Shown: in pieces, positions 27,185 to 36,676 of the stretch
How the letters are laid out: the number at the start of each line of letters is the position of its first letter
How positions within the stretch are numbered: position 1 is the first letter of the stretch
NCBI GenBank assembly: GCA_023230105.1
Contig: JALNXY010000006.1
Location: 76,886-140,885, forward strand
Length of the DNA: 64,000 nucleotides
Source: Verrucomicrobiota bacterium
GTDB lineage: Bacteria; Verrucomicrobiota; Verrucomicrobiia; Limisphaerales; UBA1412
Reading direction: 5' to 3'
Program-made: the position numbers and the translations under genes
The notes under the pieces: generated by a model
Told to the model about the DNA's origin: nothing
The model's input: the letters and a program-made list of their open reading frames with translations, nothing else
The model's database searches: none

Positions 27185-28117
27185 ATGCAAAAAACAGAAA
27201 CTAAAAAGTGGCAAGACGAACTGGAAGAGAATCTGTCGCCTGAGACAGTTCGCAAAAGAGATTACCCCATGAAAAAACTGACCACGCTGAGAATCGGCGG
27301 CCCGGCCGATTTTTATGTGGAGCCTTCCTGCACGGATGAGCTAAGGAAAATCTTAAGCTATTGTGCGGGGCGGGGGATTCCTTTCTTCTTGTTGGGCCGG
27401 GGCTCTAATCTGGTAGTCAGAGATGGTGGTATACGGGGCGGGGTATGCTCTCTGCGCCATTCGTTTTTCTCTCAAACGGAAGTGAAAAATGGTAGGCTCC
27501 TTATTCATGCGGGTGCCGGGGCTACATTGAGGCAGATAGCGCAGTTTGCTCAGGCTAACGCATTGGCTGGCCTGGAGTTCATGGAGGGTATCCCCGGGAG
27601 TCTCGGGGGTGGATTGCGAATGAATGCTGGGGCTTACAAATCGAGTCTTATGGATGTTGTGGAATCGGTTTCAGTACTGGGGCTTGATGGAGTTCTGGAA
27701 GAGGTGCCTGGCGAGAATATTCAGGCGGATTATCGCTGCTGCACTTTCTTTGAAAATAAAATCGCTTTGTCTGCGGTCCTGCGGGCTTATTCTGGAGTTC
27801 CGGAGCAGATTAGGGAAAGAATGACAGAGATGAGGGATATACGCCTGAAGACTCAAACTCAATCCCCCAGTGCGGGATGTGCCTTCAAAAATCCGCCCGG
27901 TCACTCTGCGGGTCGGTTGATAGATTCCCTGGGCATGAAAGGTTTTAGCGTAGGAGGAGCACAGGTTTCGGATAAACATGCCAATTTTTTGATCAATAAA
28001 AACAACGCCACATCTCAGAATATTCTCGAGTTGATTCAGATAATTCAAGAGAGAGTTCTGGCTGAATGCGGAGTGAGTTTAGAGACTGAAGTAATGATCG
28101 TTGGAGAAGATGCATGA
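27185..28117 (+). CDS. murB: UDP-N-acetylenolpyruvoylglucosamine reductase MurB
   Basis: FAD-binding region RIGGPADFYVEP...GRGSNLVV; C-terminal GGAQVSDKHANFLIN. Confidence 0.9.
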   Translation: MQKTETKKWQDELEENLSPETVRKRDYPMKKLTTLRIGGPADFYVEPSCTDELRKILSYCAGRGIPFFLLGRGSNLVVRDGGIRGGVCSLRHSFFSQTEVKNGRLLIHAGAGATLRQIAQFAQANALAGLEFMEGIPGSLGGGLRMNAGAYKSSLMDVVESVSVLGLDGVLEEVPGENIQADYRCCTFFENKIALSAVLRAYSGVPEQIRERMTEMRDIRLKTQTQSPSAGCAFKNPPGHSAGRLIDSLGMKGFSVGGAQVSDKHANFLINKNNATSQNILELIQIIQERVLAECGVSLETEVMIVGEDA

Positions 28118-29019
28118 ATAATGGTAAGCTGAAAGTAGTTGTTTTTGCGGGTGGCATTTCAAACGAGCGGGAAATTTCATTAAAATCCGGCGCGATGGTG
28201 GCAGAGGCCCTGCGCTCATCCGGCTATCAAGTAGAGATGCTTGATCCGGATCCTATAAAAGGATGGAGTTTGCCCGATGAAGCCAATGTTGTTTTTTTAG
28301 CACTTCATGGAACTTATGGTGAGGATGGACAAGTGCAGATGGAGTTGGATCAACTGGGCATCCCCTATACCGGCAGTGGCGCTGAGGCCAGCCGTATTGG
28401 TTTTGATAAACTTTTGACTCGTCAGCACTGTGTTGTGGCCGGGGTAACGATGCCTCGCTCCTTTGTTTTAAAGAGCTGGCAAGCTGAAATGCCTGAAGGC
28501 TGGGAGGCTCCGGTGGTGCTGAAGCCGCTCAGAGAGGGCTCCAGCGTGGGTGTTGAAATAGTAGACAATAAGGAAGATTTTGGCGCGGCGTTGAGGCGAT
28601 CATTGGAGTATGGCGGTGTTGTCCTGATGGAGGAGCGGATTATTGGACGAGAATTGACCGTTGGAATACTGGGCGGTGAAGTGCTTCCGCTGGTGGAAGT
28701 ATGTCCTAAATCAGGCGTATATAGTTATGAAAGCAAGTACACGAAAGGCAGAACGGAGTATTATTGCCCGGCTCAAGTCGATGAAGCCTCTCGTAATCGT
28801 GCTGCTGATCTGGCCCTGAAAACATTTCATGCTGTCGGCGCGAAAGACTATGCTCGCATAGACATGATTCTGGATCAAAAAGGCGAGTGCTGGGTATTGG
28901 AAATTAATACGCTGCCGGGTATGAGCGAGACCAGCCTACTGCCTAAGGCAGCTGCGGCAATGGGACTCAGTTACGCAAATTTGTGCTGTAAAATATTAGA
29001 GATGGCGCTCAGAAAATAA
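28114..29019 (+). CDS. ddl: D-alanine-D-alanine ligase
   Basis: LHGTYGEDGQVQ, ATP-grasp region and EINTLPGM. ATGA overlap with murB. Confidence 0.9.
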   Translation: MNNGKLKVVVFAGGISNEREISLKSGAMVAEALRSSGYQVEMLDPDPIKGWSLPDEANVVFLALHGTYGEDGQVQMELDQLGIPYTGSGAEASRIGFDKLLTRQHCVVAGVTMPRSFVLKSWQAEMPEGWEAPVVLKPLREGSSVGVEIVDNKEDFGAALRRSLEYGGVVLMEERIIGRELTVGILGGEVLPLVEVCPKSGVYSYESKYTKGRTEYYCPAQVDEASRNRAADLALKTFHAVGAKDYARIDMILDQKGECWVLEINTLPGMSETSLLPKAAAAMGLSYANLCCKILEMALRK

Positions 29020-29023
29020 TTGC

Positions 29024-29995
29024 ATGTTTAACAAAAAGAAAAAGCCAGAAGAGAAGGTAAAACTCTCCACACCTGAAGAGGAAGCCAGAGAGCAGAAGCG
29101 CAAGCGTATTAACCGCTGGTCTTGGCGCATCGCCTGGTGGATGCTTTTTTTGGCTGTCGTTGTGAGCGTTTATTTTCTCGGGAAGACCACCCTGGACCTT
29201 GTTTTGGAAAAGACCGTTTATACGAACCAGATGTTCACGGTGCGCGCGGTCGATGTGCGAGTTTTCGGCGGGGTATCCAAGGAGAGGGTGCTGGAATTTC
29301 TGGACGTAAAAATAGGGGAAGATAATCTGATGGCTCTGGATTTGGGTCAGATAAAAAACCGTTTGGAAAGCGTTTCGGTTCTGGAGAAAATTTCTGTCGA
29401 AAGGGTCATTCCGGATACGCTCAAAGTTCAGGTATATGCCAGAGTTCCCGTTTTCAGGTGTTATGTTTGGGAGGCAGACCCGATGAATCTCAATGCAGGT
29501 CAGTGGGTGGTGCGCTATCTGGATGACTCGGGGTACGTGATGGCACCCGATGAATTATTTTACGAGGTTCACGCTCCGGAGCGGCTCCTTCTGCCTACAT
29601 TGACTGGCGTGGCGGATAAAAACGTTCTTATCCCCAATCGTTACTGTAAAGACCAGCAAGTGAACCGTGCGCTCAAGTTTCTCAGGCTCTACAAGGAATC
29701 CAGCTTTTTCGGGTTTGATGATCTGACGGAAGTAAATATCAGCGAGTTGGGTTTTATTATCGCGAGAACGGCTCAATACGTGGAAGCGGTTTTTGATGCA
29801 AATTCTCTGGAGTTGGGTTTGGCCCGCTGGGAAGCTATCTACGCCTATTCAACCGGGCTGGAACAGAAAATTAAGACGATCAACCTCTCCGTCTCAAATA
29901 ACGTGCCTGTGGTTTGGGAACCGCCCCCGGCTCAGGAAGATAAAAATTCACGCTCAAATGGAGTCCGGGGTGTGAGAAGTACTGGAGGGCGATGA
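29024..29995 (+). CDS. ftsQ: Division protein FtsQ (POTRA domain)
   Basis: Basic N-terminus, one TM (IAWWMLFLAVVVSVYFLG), then a POTRA-like FTVRAVDVRVFGG...LKVQVYARVPV. Positioned between ddl and ftsA. Confidence 0.7.
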   Translation: MFNKKKKPEEKVKLSTPEEEAREQKRKRINRWSWRIAWWMLFLAVVVSVYFLGKTTLDLVLEKTVYTNQMFTVRAVDVRVFGGVSKERVLEFLDVKIGEDNLMALDLGQIKNRLESVSVLEKISVERVIPDTLKVQVYARVPVFRCYVWEADPMNLNAGQWVVRYLDDSGYVMAPDELFYEVHAPERLLLPTLTGVADKNVLIPNRYCKDQQVNRALKFLRLYKESSFFGFDDLTEVNISELGFIIARTAQYVEAVFDANSLELGLARWEAIYAYSTGLEQKIKTINLSVSNNVPVVWEPPPAQEDKNSRSNGVRGVRSTGGR

Positions 29996-29999
29996 AGAA

Positions 30000-31235
30000 A
30001 TGCTATTCAAGAAGAGAAAACAGTATGCTACGGGTATAGAGATCGGCACTTCCAAGATATGTGTTGTTATTGCCGAGGTTTCTGAGAAGTGTCCTTTCAA
30101 AGTGCTTGGGGTTGGGCAAAGCGTTTCCAGCGGAGTGCGAAAGGGGGTTATCTTTAATACGGAGGCGACCATTGCTGAGGTCCGCGCTGCTGTTGCCGAT
30201 GCCGAAAATTTGGCGAATGTCTCCATTGGTGAAGTGTGTGTGGGGATAACCGGTGGGCATATTAAAAGTGCATTCAGCGTGGGCGAACACATGTTGGAAT
30301 CCGCTGATGGCCGAGTCACTGAAGAGGATAGGGAAGATGCTCTGAAAAATGCCATTGAATGTCCCCCAAAGGAGATATCTGAAAGCGTATTAGTACTTCA
30401 TCGGATTAAGCAGCAGCCTCTTCTGGATGGCCAATTGGAAGAGCCCGGTTTAAATGCGAGAGGACGAATTCTGACGCAGCCCCTATACTGGATTTACGGA
30501 AATCGCAATCAAATCTGGGAGCCAATAAAAATACTGCAAGATTTATGTCTGGAGCCCAAATATCCTGTTTTTAATGGGTTCGCCGCGAGTATAGCTTTGA
30601 TGGATGCCGAACAGCGCAAAAAAGGAGGGCTTATCATTGACTTGGGAGCGGGAACGACAGAGTTTGCCTTTACTCATGGGGGGTGTATTCGTTATGCAGG
30701 CTCTCTTTCTATTGGAGGAGACCATGTCAGCAATGATTTGGCATTAGGGTTAAAACTGGAAATAGGAGTCGCAGAAAATCTGAAAACTTTCCATGGCCGG
30801 GCTATTTGCGATCCGCAGGCTAAAAATGCTCTGTTACCCTTTAAAACACCCAATGGAGAAAATAAGTCGGTGCGCTTTGACCATTTTCAGATCATTATGG
30901 AGCTTAGGCTCAAAGAAATTTTCCAAATAATCCGTGAGACTTTGGCAGAGGCCGGGTTGCAATTGGGGCCAGATCAGGGAGTCATGCTTTGCGGAGGCGG
31001 TGCTTGTATCCAGATGATATCTTCACTGGCAAGCAGTGTGTTCCAGGCTCAGTCCTGGCCTTTCTGTTTGAATCACCTTGACGGAATTTGTGATTCTTTA
31101 AAGAAGCCAGAGTTTGCCACTCCGATTGGATTGGCCAGGTATTGTGCTTCTAAAATGTCTCGCAAAACAGGAGGTCCCCTGGCCAACGTTTTCAGTTTGA
31201 AAGGGCTCACGGGAAAGAGAAAGGAAAGGGAATGA
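30000..31235 (+). CDS. ftsA: Division actin homolog FtsA
   Basis: GIEIGTSKICVVIAEV phosphate-1 motif and DLGAGTTEF phosphate-2 motif. Confidence 0.85.
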   Translation: MLFKKRKQYATGIEIGTSKICVVIAEVSEKCPFKVLGVGQSVSSGVRKGVIFNTEATIAEVRAAVADAENLANVSIGEVCVGITGGHIKSAFSVGEHMLESADGRVTEEDREDALKNAIECPPKEISESVLVLHRIKQQPLLDGQLEEPGLNARGRILTQPLYWIYGNRNQIWEPIKILQDLCLEPKYPVFNGFAASIALMDAEQRKKGGLIIDLGAGTTEFAFTHGGCIRYAGSLSIGGDHVSNDLALGLKLEIGVAENLKTFHGRAICDPQAKNALLPFKTPNGENKSVRFDHFQIIMELRLKEIFQIIRETLAEAGLQLGPDQGVMLCGGGACIQMISSLASSVFQAQSWPFCLNHLDGICDSLKKPEFATPIGLARYCASKMSRKTGGPLANVFSLKGLTGKRKERE

Positions 31236-32554
31236 TCGAAATAAATCCTGAAAGCCAAGTATCCTCGAACAATGTTTTTGAAGACAAGTTGAATGCTCTT
31301 GTTCTGGGGGTGGGCGGAGCAGGCGGGAAAATTGTGAACACCCTGTCTCTTTCTGCATGTGAAGGGCTTGAATATATTGTGTTGGATTCTGATGTTCAGA
31401 GTTTAAGGCAGGTCACTCATTGCGAGACCAGGCAGATAGGAAAAAAAATACTTCGCGGTTTTGGAACCGGGGCCAGCCGGGAGGTGGCTCAATCAATTGC
31501 TGAAGCGGAAAAGGATGAATTAAGGAAATTGGTCGGAAGATACTCTCTCTTATATTTGATTGCCGGTTTTGGAGGCGGATTGGGAGGAGGCGTGGCTCCG
31601 GTAATTGCAGAGTTGGCGGCAGAGGAAGGTGTGTTTGTAATCGCTATTTCAATTTTTCCCTTCTTCTGCGAGGGGACGGATCGATCTATGAGGGCCACCC
31701 GATCCCAGGATGAAATGACGGCCAATGCCCATCTGCATATCTCTTTGCCCAATGAGCTATTGGCTTCGCAGGCGAATGAAAATGCAAACTTCGTCGAATT
31801 ATATGAGTCGAGTAACCGGATGATATCTGATGCGGTGGAAGGTCTTTGGTTGAGCTTTTTCTGCCCCGGTCCTCTGGCTTTGGATTTAGGTCTTCTGAGA
31901 AGCACTTTTGGTTTCCGCGAGGGAAAATGTATGGGCACTTTGGCCGTTGCATCGGCAACCGGTGATAGCAGAGTGGAATCTCTCTGGGAGACGCTTCTGG
32001 CACACCCGTGGCTCAAGAAAGGCTCTTTATTGCGCAGCGCAGGCACTGTACTGGCGCTTTTTATCGGGAAAGATGGTTTTTCACTGGGCGATGCAGAAGC
32101 TTTTCAAAGGCGGATTGCCAGTGAAAATCCGGGTGCAAAAATAATGTTGGGGGCCTGTACGCCTGCTGAGTTTAATTCCGATGAGTTGAGGATTGTGTTG
32201 ATTACTCACCCTCGGCGCACGGTTCGTAATGAGGAGAAGCCTGCCCCGTTTTATGGGGATAAAGAGCTGGTCTCCCTCAACGAAGTAAGCAGAGAGATGT
32301 TGGAAAAGAAACGCCCTCCGACTCGCAATGTGCCGCCGCCGCCCGCTTTAACGAATTCTCAGATAGATCTCCTGAAGTCGCAGATGCCTTATTCAGGAGG
32401 GCGAAGCAAACGCGGATACAATGATCCCAATCAGGGCTTTCTGGATTTGAAGATCACGAGTGTAGGGCGCTTTGACCAATGTGAAAAAACTTATTACAAA
32501 AACCAGCCGATAGATGTGCCTACCTATTCCCGGCTGGGATATATATTGGATTAA
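31232..32554 (+). CDS. ftsZ: Divergent FtsZ/tubulin-family protein at the canonical ftsZ position
   Basis: LVLGVGGAGGKIV (T1), GFGGGLGGGVAPVIA (T4-like), ISLPNELL, and C-terminal IDVPTYSRL resembling the conserved FtsZ C-terminal peptide. ATGA overlap with ftsA. Confidence 0.7.
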   Translation: MIEINPESQVSSNNVFEDKLNALVLGVGGAGGKIVNTLSLSACEGLEYIVLDSDVQSLRQVTHCETRQIGKKILRGFGTGASREVAQSIAEAEKDELRKLVGRYSLLYLIAGFGGGLGGGVAPVIAELAAEEGVFVIAISIFPFFCEGTDRSMRATRSQDEMTANAHLHISLPNELLASQANENANFVELYESSNRMISDAVEGLWLSFFCPGPLALDLGLLRSTFGFREGKCMGTLAVASATGDSRVESLWETLLAHPWLKKGSLLRSAGTVLALFIGKDGFSLGDAEAFQRRIASENPGAKIMLGACTPAEFNSDELRIVLITHPRRTVRNEEKPAPFYGDKELVSLNEVSREMLEKKRPPTRNVPPPPALTNSQIDLLKSQMPYSGGRSKRGYNDPNQGFLDLKITSVGRFDQCEKTYYKNQPIDVPTYSRLGYILD

Positions 32555-32577
32555 ACTGAAACAGGCCGGAGGCTGCG

Positions 32578-33144
32578 ATGAGTCAAAAATTTATGTCACT
32601 GAAAGGAAAGCTTCTCCTGGATAGCGGAGAGCTGATGGGGTCCTTTTTCCACCAGTCTGCAGTCTATATTTGCGAACACGATGAAGAGGGTGCCGTGGGA
32701 CTGGTATTGAACCATCCGGTGAGTGTCAAACTTTCTGACGTGCTGGTTCTGAACATTCCGGAAGTGTTTCATCATTCGGAGGTGAAAATGGGAGGACCGG
32801 TGATGCAGAAAAGTATTTTTTGCCTTTTGCGCTCGCAGGTCAAAAAAGACTCCTTCCGTGAAGTTGTCCCGACCGTTTATCTGACCCCTTCTTTGGAGGA
32901 TATTTTCGAGGATGATGCTCTGGAGCGGGTAGAGGATGTGCATTTCTTTTTAGGTTATGCAGGTTGGAGTGCCGGACAACTGGAAGAAGAAATTGCGAAT
33001 AAAGCCTGGTTGATTTCCACGGTGAGAATTACAGAGATATTCCAAAAAGAGCCGCCCTTTGACCTTTGGAAAGACCGAATGTACCAATTGGGAGGCAAAT
33101 ATCGTTTCCTCGCGATGACTCCCCGGAATCTTTATGACAACTAG
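32578..33144 (+). CDS. yqgE: YqgE/AlgH family protein (UPF0301)
   Basis: LLDSGELMGSFFHQSAVYICEHDEEGAVGLVLNHP and FLGYAGWSAGQLEEE are typical of this family. Confidence 0.75.
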   Translation: MSQKFMSLKGKLLLDSGELMGSFFHQSAVYICEHDEEGAVGLVLNHPVSVKLSDVLVLNIPEVFHHSEVKMGGPVMQKSIFCLLRSQVKKDSFREVVPTVYLTPSLEDIFEDDALERVEDVHFFLGYAGWSAGQLEEEIANKAWLISTVRITEIFQKEPPFDLWKDRMYQLGGKYRFLAMTPRNLYDN

Positions 33145-33204
33145 GTTTGGAGAAAGTCGGGTCTTGCCCGTTTAATTTTTTGAATAACCGCTGCCCCATC
33201 AAAA

Positions 33205-33238
33205 TAAAAAACCCCGTCAAACAACGGGGTTTTTTTGT
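33205..33238. terminator. Bidirectional rho-independent terminator
   Basis: aaaataaaaa ACCCCGT caaaca ACGGGGT ttttttt, lying between convergent genes. Confidence 0.65.
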
Positions 33239-33257
33239 TCATTACAAGTCTAATATT

Positions 33258-34133
33258 TTAGTATTTCTTGGCGGTACCGTATCCACGGACAAAGCCGATA
33301 CATTGAGCCACCTCGGGAACAGAATTATCCCAGTTGTATTCGTACTCAATGGAGATATTTCCTTTAAAGCCCTGGCGTTTGAGTTCATCCAGGAGGGCAG
33401 GAACATTGGAGACACCCTGACCGTAAGGGACATCGTGACCGCCGGCTGAAAACTCATGCAGATCTTTCATGTGAGAGCTAATTACACGGCCTTCGAGAAC
33501 CTTCAGGCCATAAACCGGGTTCAATCCACTGCGGACCCAGTGACCCGTATCAGCCGCTGCACCGATGCGAGAATCCAGGTCTTTGACGGCATTGTATACC
33601 GCGACCGGATCCCAGACCCAATAGTTGGGATCATCAGCACGGCGGGGATGATTATGAATCGCTACCATTACGTCATATTCTTTGACCAATTTGTCAAGAA
33701 TGGGTAAATGATCTTTGGCAGGCTCACAGGAGAATGCGCGGATATCCATCTTCTTGCAGAACTCAAAAATGTTGCGATACCCTGCTTCGTCTCCGGCACC
33801 GGTGACGCCAAAATTGACTACCTTCATGCCATGTTGAGCGAGCTTATCCTTCACCTTCTGCATATTCTCTTCAGACATGCCCGGACCAACACCCTGGTCA
33901 ATATCTTTAGAAATTTTCTGCCCCGGGAAAAACTCAATCACCTTACCTCCAGCCATTGCATTCTTTTCGATGGCTTCAAAAAGGGTAAAACGATTGAACG
34001 AGTAAGCTTGAGAACCGATAAAGAACCCGCCGGTAGAGTATTCTTCGGGGATATCGGCCGCCGAAACCTGAGAAGCGCAGCAGAGAAGTGCCGCGGCAGC
34101 CAGGACACATTGAATCTTAACTATCAGTTTCAT
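33258..34133 (-). CDS. Secreted sugar-phosphate isomerase/epimerase (xylose isomerase-like TIM barrel)
   Basis: The start at 34133 gives the signal peptide MKLIVKIQCVLAAAALLCCASQVSA. Body has VAIHNHP..., DTGHW and ISIEYE strings typical of the AP-endonuclease-2/xylose-isomerase-like fold. Confidence 0.6.
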   Translation of the reverse strand: MKLIVKIQCVLAAAALLCCASQVSAADIPEEYSTGGFFIGSQAYSFNRFTLFEAIEKNAMAGGKVIEFFPGQKISKDIDQGVGPGMSEENMQKVKDKLAQHGMKVVNFGVTGAGDEAGYRNIFEFCKKMDIRAFSCEPAKDHLPILDKLVKEYDVMVAIHNHPRRADDPNYWVWDPVAVYNAVKDLDSRIGAAADTGHWVRSGLNPVYGLKVLEGRVISSHMKDLHEFSAGGHDVPYGQGVSNVPALLDELKRQGFKGNISIEYEYNWDNSVPEVAQCIGFVRGYGTAKKY

Positions 34134-34247
34134 AAAAACGTGGTGAGTATACCGAAAAAATGGGCCGGTAGCAAGGGAAACTACCCTGTGGGTTTTTTCC
34201 CGGCATGGCTTTTTCTGCTTGCAAAATTCTCCCAAAACCGGCTTTCT

Positions 34248-36227
34248 TCAATTAGCCGGGCCACCCGTTTTCTCATCGTCTCCCTCCAGGCGAACCTTAA
34301 TAGAACCAAAGGTTTTTAAGGGATTACTCTTTGGAGGTTCTTTATTTACCGGTGCATTCTGCTTGGCACGGGTTTCGCGAACCGCTTTGACAATCCGATC
34401 TCCACCCAAATTATAAGCCGAACTTGCTTCGAAGCCGCTCCACTTGGGGACTTCAAACTTTTGGGGTTGCTTTTGTACCATTTCCAGCCTGAGACGCATG
34501 ATTCGATTCTCGGCCAAAGGGACAAAGGGACTTTGGGGATGCAGGGTGCCAATCCTTTTCAAGGCAGCTTTGGCCGATTCAATATCTTGCGCATTAAGGT
34601 AAAAATCCGCTTCTCGATTGAGCCACTTTGCAATTCTGCCGGGAGTCTCCCCCGGAGTATTGATCATAGTCTCCATTTGAGCGATGGCGGCTTCCAACTC
34701 CCCGCACTGATAGGCATAAAGAGCTGCCAACTCTTCGCGTGCCTCCCAATCAGCAGGGTGTTGGTTCAGATGCTCATCCAGTTTTTCCAATTCTTTAACC
34801 CAAGGGGTATCGGCCTCTTTTGTTTCTTCACCCTTCTGAGACGAAGAATCCGAGCCCGAAAGAGTCAAATCTTCTGCCTTGATCGGTCCCATGGGATTCA
34901 CTTGTGCTCGTTTGGCAAGCGTATCCCGAACCACTTTGGCGATTCGCTTGTCGTTGAATTGGGCCAAGGAGGGGTCTGTCTCCGGCACTATGTAAGTGGA
35001 GGCCACATCTTTCTCCAACTCCATCTTGAGAAGAGAAATTCGGTTTTGAGCCATATTAGCCGGGGCACTATTGGGGTAGAGTTTGATAATCCGCTCCAGG
35101 GCTGTTTTGGCCCCGGTCAAATCGCGAGCCCGGATATAAAAATCGGCCTCCATGTTGAGCCACTGGGCCACTTTCTTTTTAGGCTGTTCCGGAATTTTCA
35201 ACAACAACTCCAACTGTGCCACCGCGGCTCGGACATCTTTGCAATCCCGAGAATAAATGCAGGCCAATTTTTCGCGGGCATCCCAGTCCTGCGGATGCTC
35301 TTCCAGGAATTGAGCCAAGAGGGCGACCTCTTCCTGCCAGGTCATTTGCGGCATATCCCATCCCTTGAAACCTTTCTTAAGACCCAAGTCTTCCACAATC
35401 CGAATGACTTTCTTCGTCTGCGGAGTTTTATCATCGGGCAGACAGAGCCGGCTTTTTCGCTGAAGGGCAAATGAAGCCGCTTCACTTCCCGGGTAGCGAT
35501 CTGAAATAGCTTGCAGAGCCTCCTTGGCCCCTTCCAAATTCCGAAGGTGAATAAGCCGCCAATCGGCCAGGCGATTGTATAAAAGAGCTCCCAGCTTGGG
35601 ATCCAAATTCGTTTGGGAGAGCATCTCATTAACCACCTCCTCAGCATGGGCAACATCCTTTAAATCATCGGCAAAAATGGCAGCTTTGAGCAGCTTGCCC
35701 TCAAAACTATTGGGGACATCACGAAGTTGGCTTTCAATGTTTTCCAATGCTTCCTGGTACATTCCTCTTTTGCGGAAGCTCTCGGCAACGGAGCTCAAAA
35801 ATGTCTTTTCAACCTTTTCGCCCCGTCCCCCAAAACCATAAAGAGCTTGTCCAAAAAAGTTACCGACTTTTGAACAAATAATAGGAGTCAGCCAAATGGC
35901 AAGAATAATCCCCAAAATAGCCCGGAGTAAAACGCCAAAAGCCCCAGAAAAGCCGGATCCCGCAAAAATAAGGTCGACTCCACACAGGTAAATAAAGAGG
36001 GCAATCATCCCCACATACATCAGGGTCCGAAAGGCTTCCTTCATCCGATCCTCTGCCCCCATAATATGATTCCAGAAGAAACGGAAGACTGCCACTCCCA
36101 CCAGGAGTGCAAAAATCTGATACCTGGCTACCCCGTAAAGAGCCAACACGAGCAACAAGAGCATCACCCACAGCCAGAACTGTTCACTCTTAAGCCTCAG
36201 TCTACACAAATTCAGCATTTTTTTCAT
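34248..36227 (-). CDS. Polytopic membrane protein with a large TPR-like C-terminal region containing an internal duplication
   Basis: About four N-terminal TM helices, then helical repeats. Two roughly 95-aa units (DWDAREKLACIY...AQWLNMEADFY... and DWEAREELAALY...AKWLNREADFY...). The start is uncertain (36227 MKKML or 36287). Confidence 0.6.
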   Translation of the reverse strand: MKKMLNLCRLRLKSEQFWLWVMLLLLVLALYGVARYQIFALLVGVAVFRFFWNHIMGAEDRMKEAFRTLMYVGMIALFIYLCGVDLIFAGSGFSGAFGVLLRAILGIILAIWLTPIICSKVGNFFGQALYGFGGRGEKVEKTFLSSVAESFRKRGMYQEALENIESQLRDVPNSFEGKLLKAAIFADDLKDVAHAEEVVNEMLSQTNLDPKLGALLYNRLADWRLIHLRNLEGAKEALQAISDRYPGSEAASFALQRKSRLCLPDDKTPQTKKVIRIVEDLGLKKGFKGWDMPQMTWQEEVALLAQFLEEHPQDWDAREKLACIYSRDCKDVRAAVAQLELLLKIPEQPKKKVAQWLNMEADFYIRARDLTGAKTALERIIKLYPNSAPANMAQNRISLLKMELEKDVASTYIVPETDPSLAQFNDKRIAKVVRDTLAKRAQVNPMGPIKAEDLTLSGSDSSSQKGEETKEADTPWVKELEKLDEHLNQHPADWEAREELAALYAYQCGELEAAIAQMETMINTPGETPGRIAKWLNREADFYLNAQDIESAKAALKRIGTLHPQSPFVPLAENRIMRLRLEMVQKQPQKFEVPKWSGFEASSAYNLGGDRIVKAVRETRAKQNAPVNKEPPKSNPLKTFGSIKVRLEGDDEKTGGPAN

Positions 36228-36261
36228 TTGAAGAGAGTTTTGGGGTTGTTTAGAGGGCCTC

Positions 36262-36495
36262 TTATTCTCCGTCGTCGCCAATTGCACCCACCGGGCAATT
36301 GCTTAACGCTTCCTGGCACAACTCCACCTCCTCGGGAGTCTGTGGTTGGCGCTTGACGTAGGAGTGCCCTCCGGCCTCACAGCGCACAAAGACCTCCGGA
36401 CACGTCTCCCGACACAGTCCGCAATCAATGCACTGACTGTCACAATAGTAACGCCCCGGGGCGTTCTTCTCAAAACGATCTGCTAAGTTTGCCAT
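36262..36495 (-). CDS. Small 4Fe-4S ferredoxin
   Basis: 77 aa with CIDCGLCRETCP plus a distal CP (SNCPVGAI). Confidence 0.7.
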   Translation of the reverse strand: MANLADRFEKNAPGRYYCDSQCIDCGLCRETCPEVFVRCEAGGHSYVKRQPQTPEEVELCQEALSNCPVGAIGDDGE

Positions 36496-36676
36496 GCGAT
36501 TCCTTTTTTGTTCCTGTTAATCCTTGAAAAATATCCCTCTTCCACCATCCTCGTGATGGTACAATAGTCAACCAGCCGAATGGAAGCCTTTTTTCAGGTA
36601 TCCCGCAAAACCTCAATTCTTGCGAATGAGAGAGAACCGCACCGCGAATAATCGCCCAAGAGGTAAGCAAAAAGTA

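Noticed and set aside
33708-35474. Plus-strand ORFs 33708-34319 (203 aa) and 34461-35474 (337 aa)
   Set aside because: They lie antisense to the isomerase and TPR genes. The minus-strand products have signal peptides, TM helices and repeat structure, while the plus-strand translations are low-complexity.
36228-36287. Longer start (36287) for the membrane TPR protein, overlapping the ferredoxin by 26 nt
   Set aside because: Not excluded, but the extension (MQLATTENKRPSKQPQNSLQ) is hydrophilic and unconserved-looking. MKKML at 36227 directly precedes the first TM helix and avoids the overlap.
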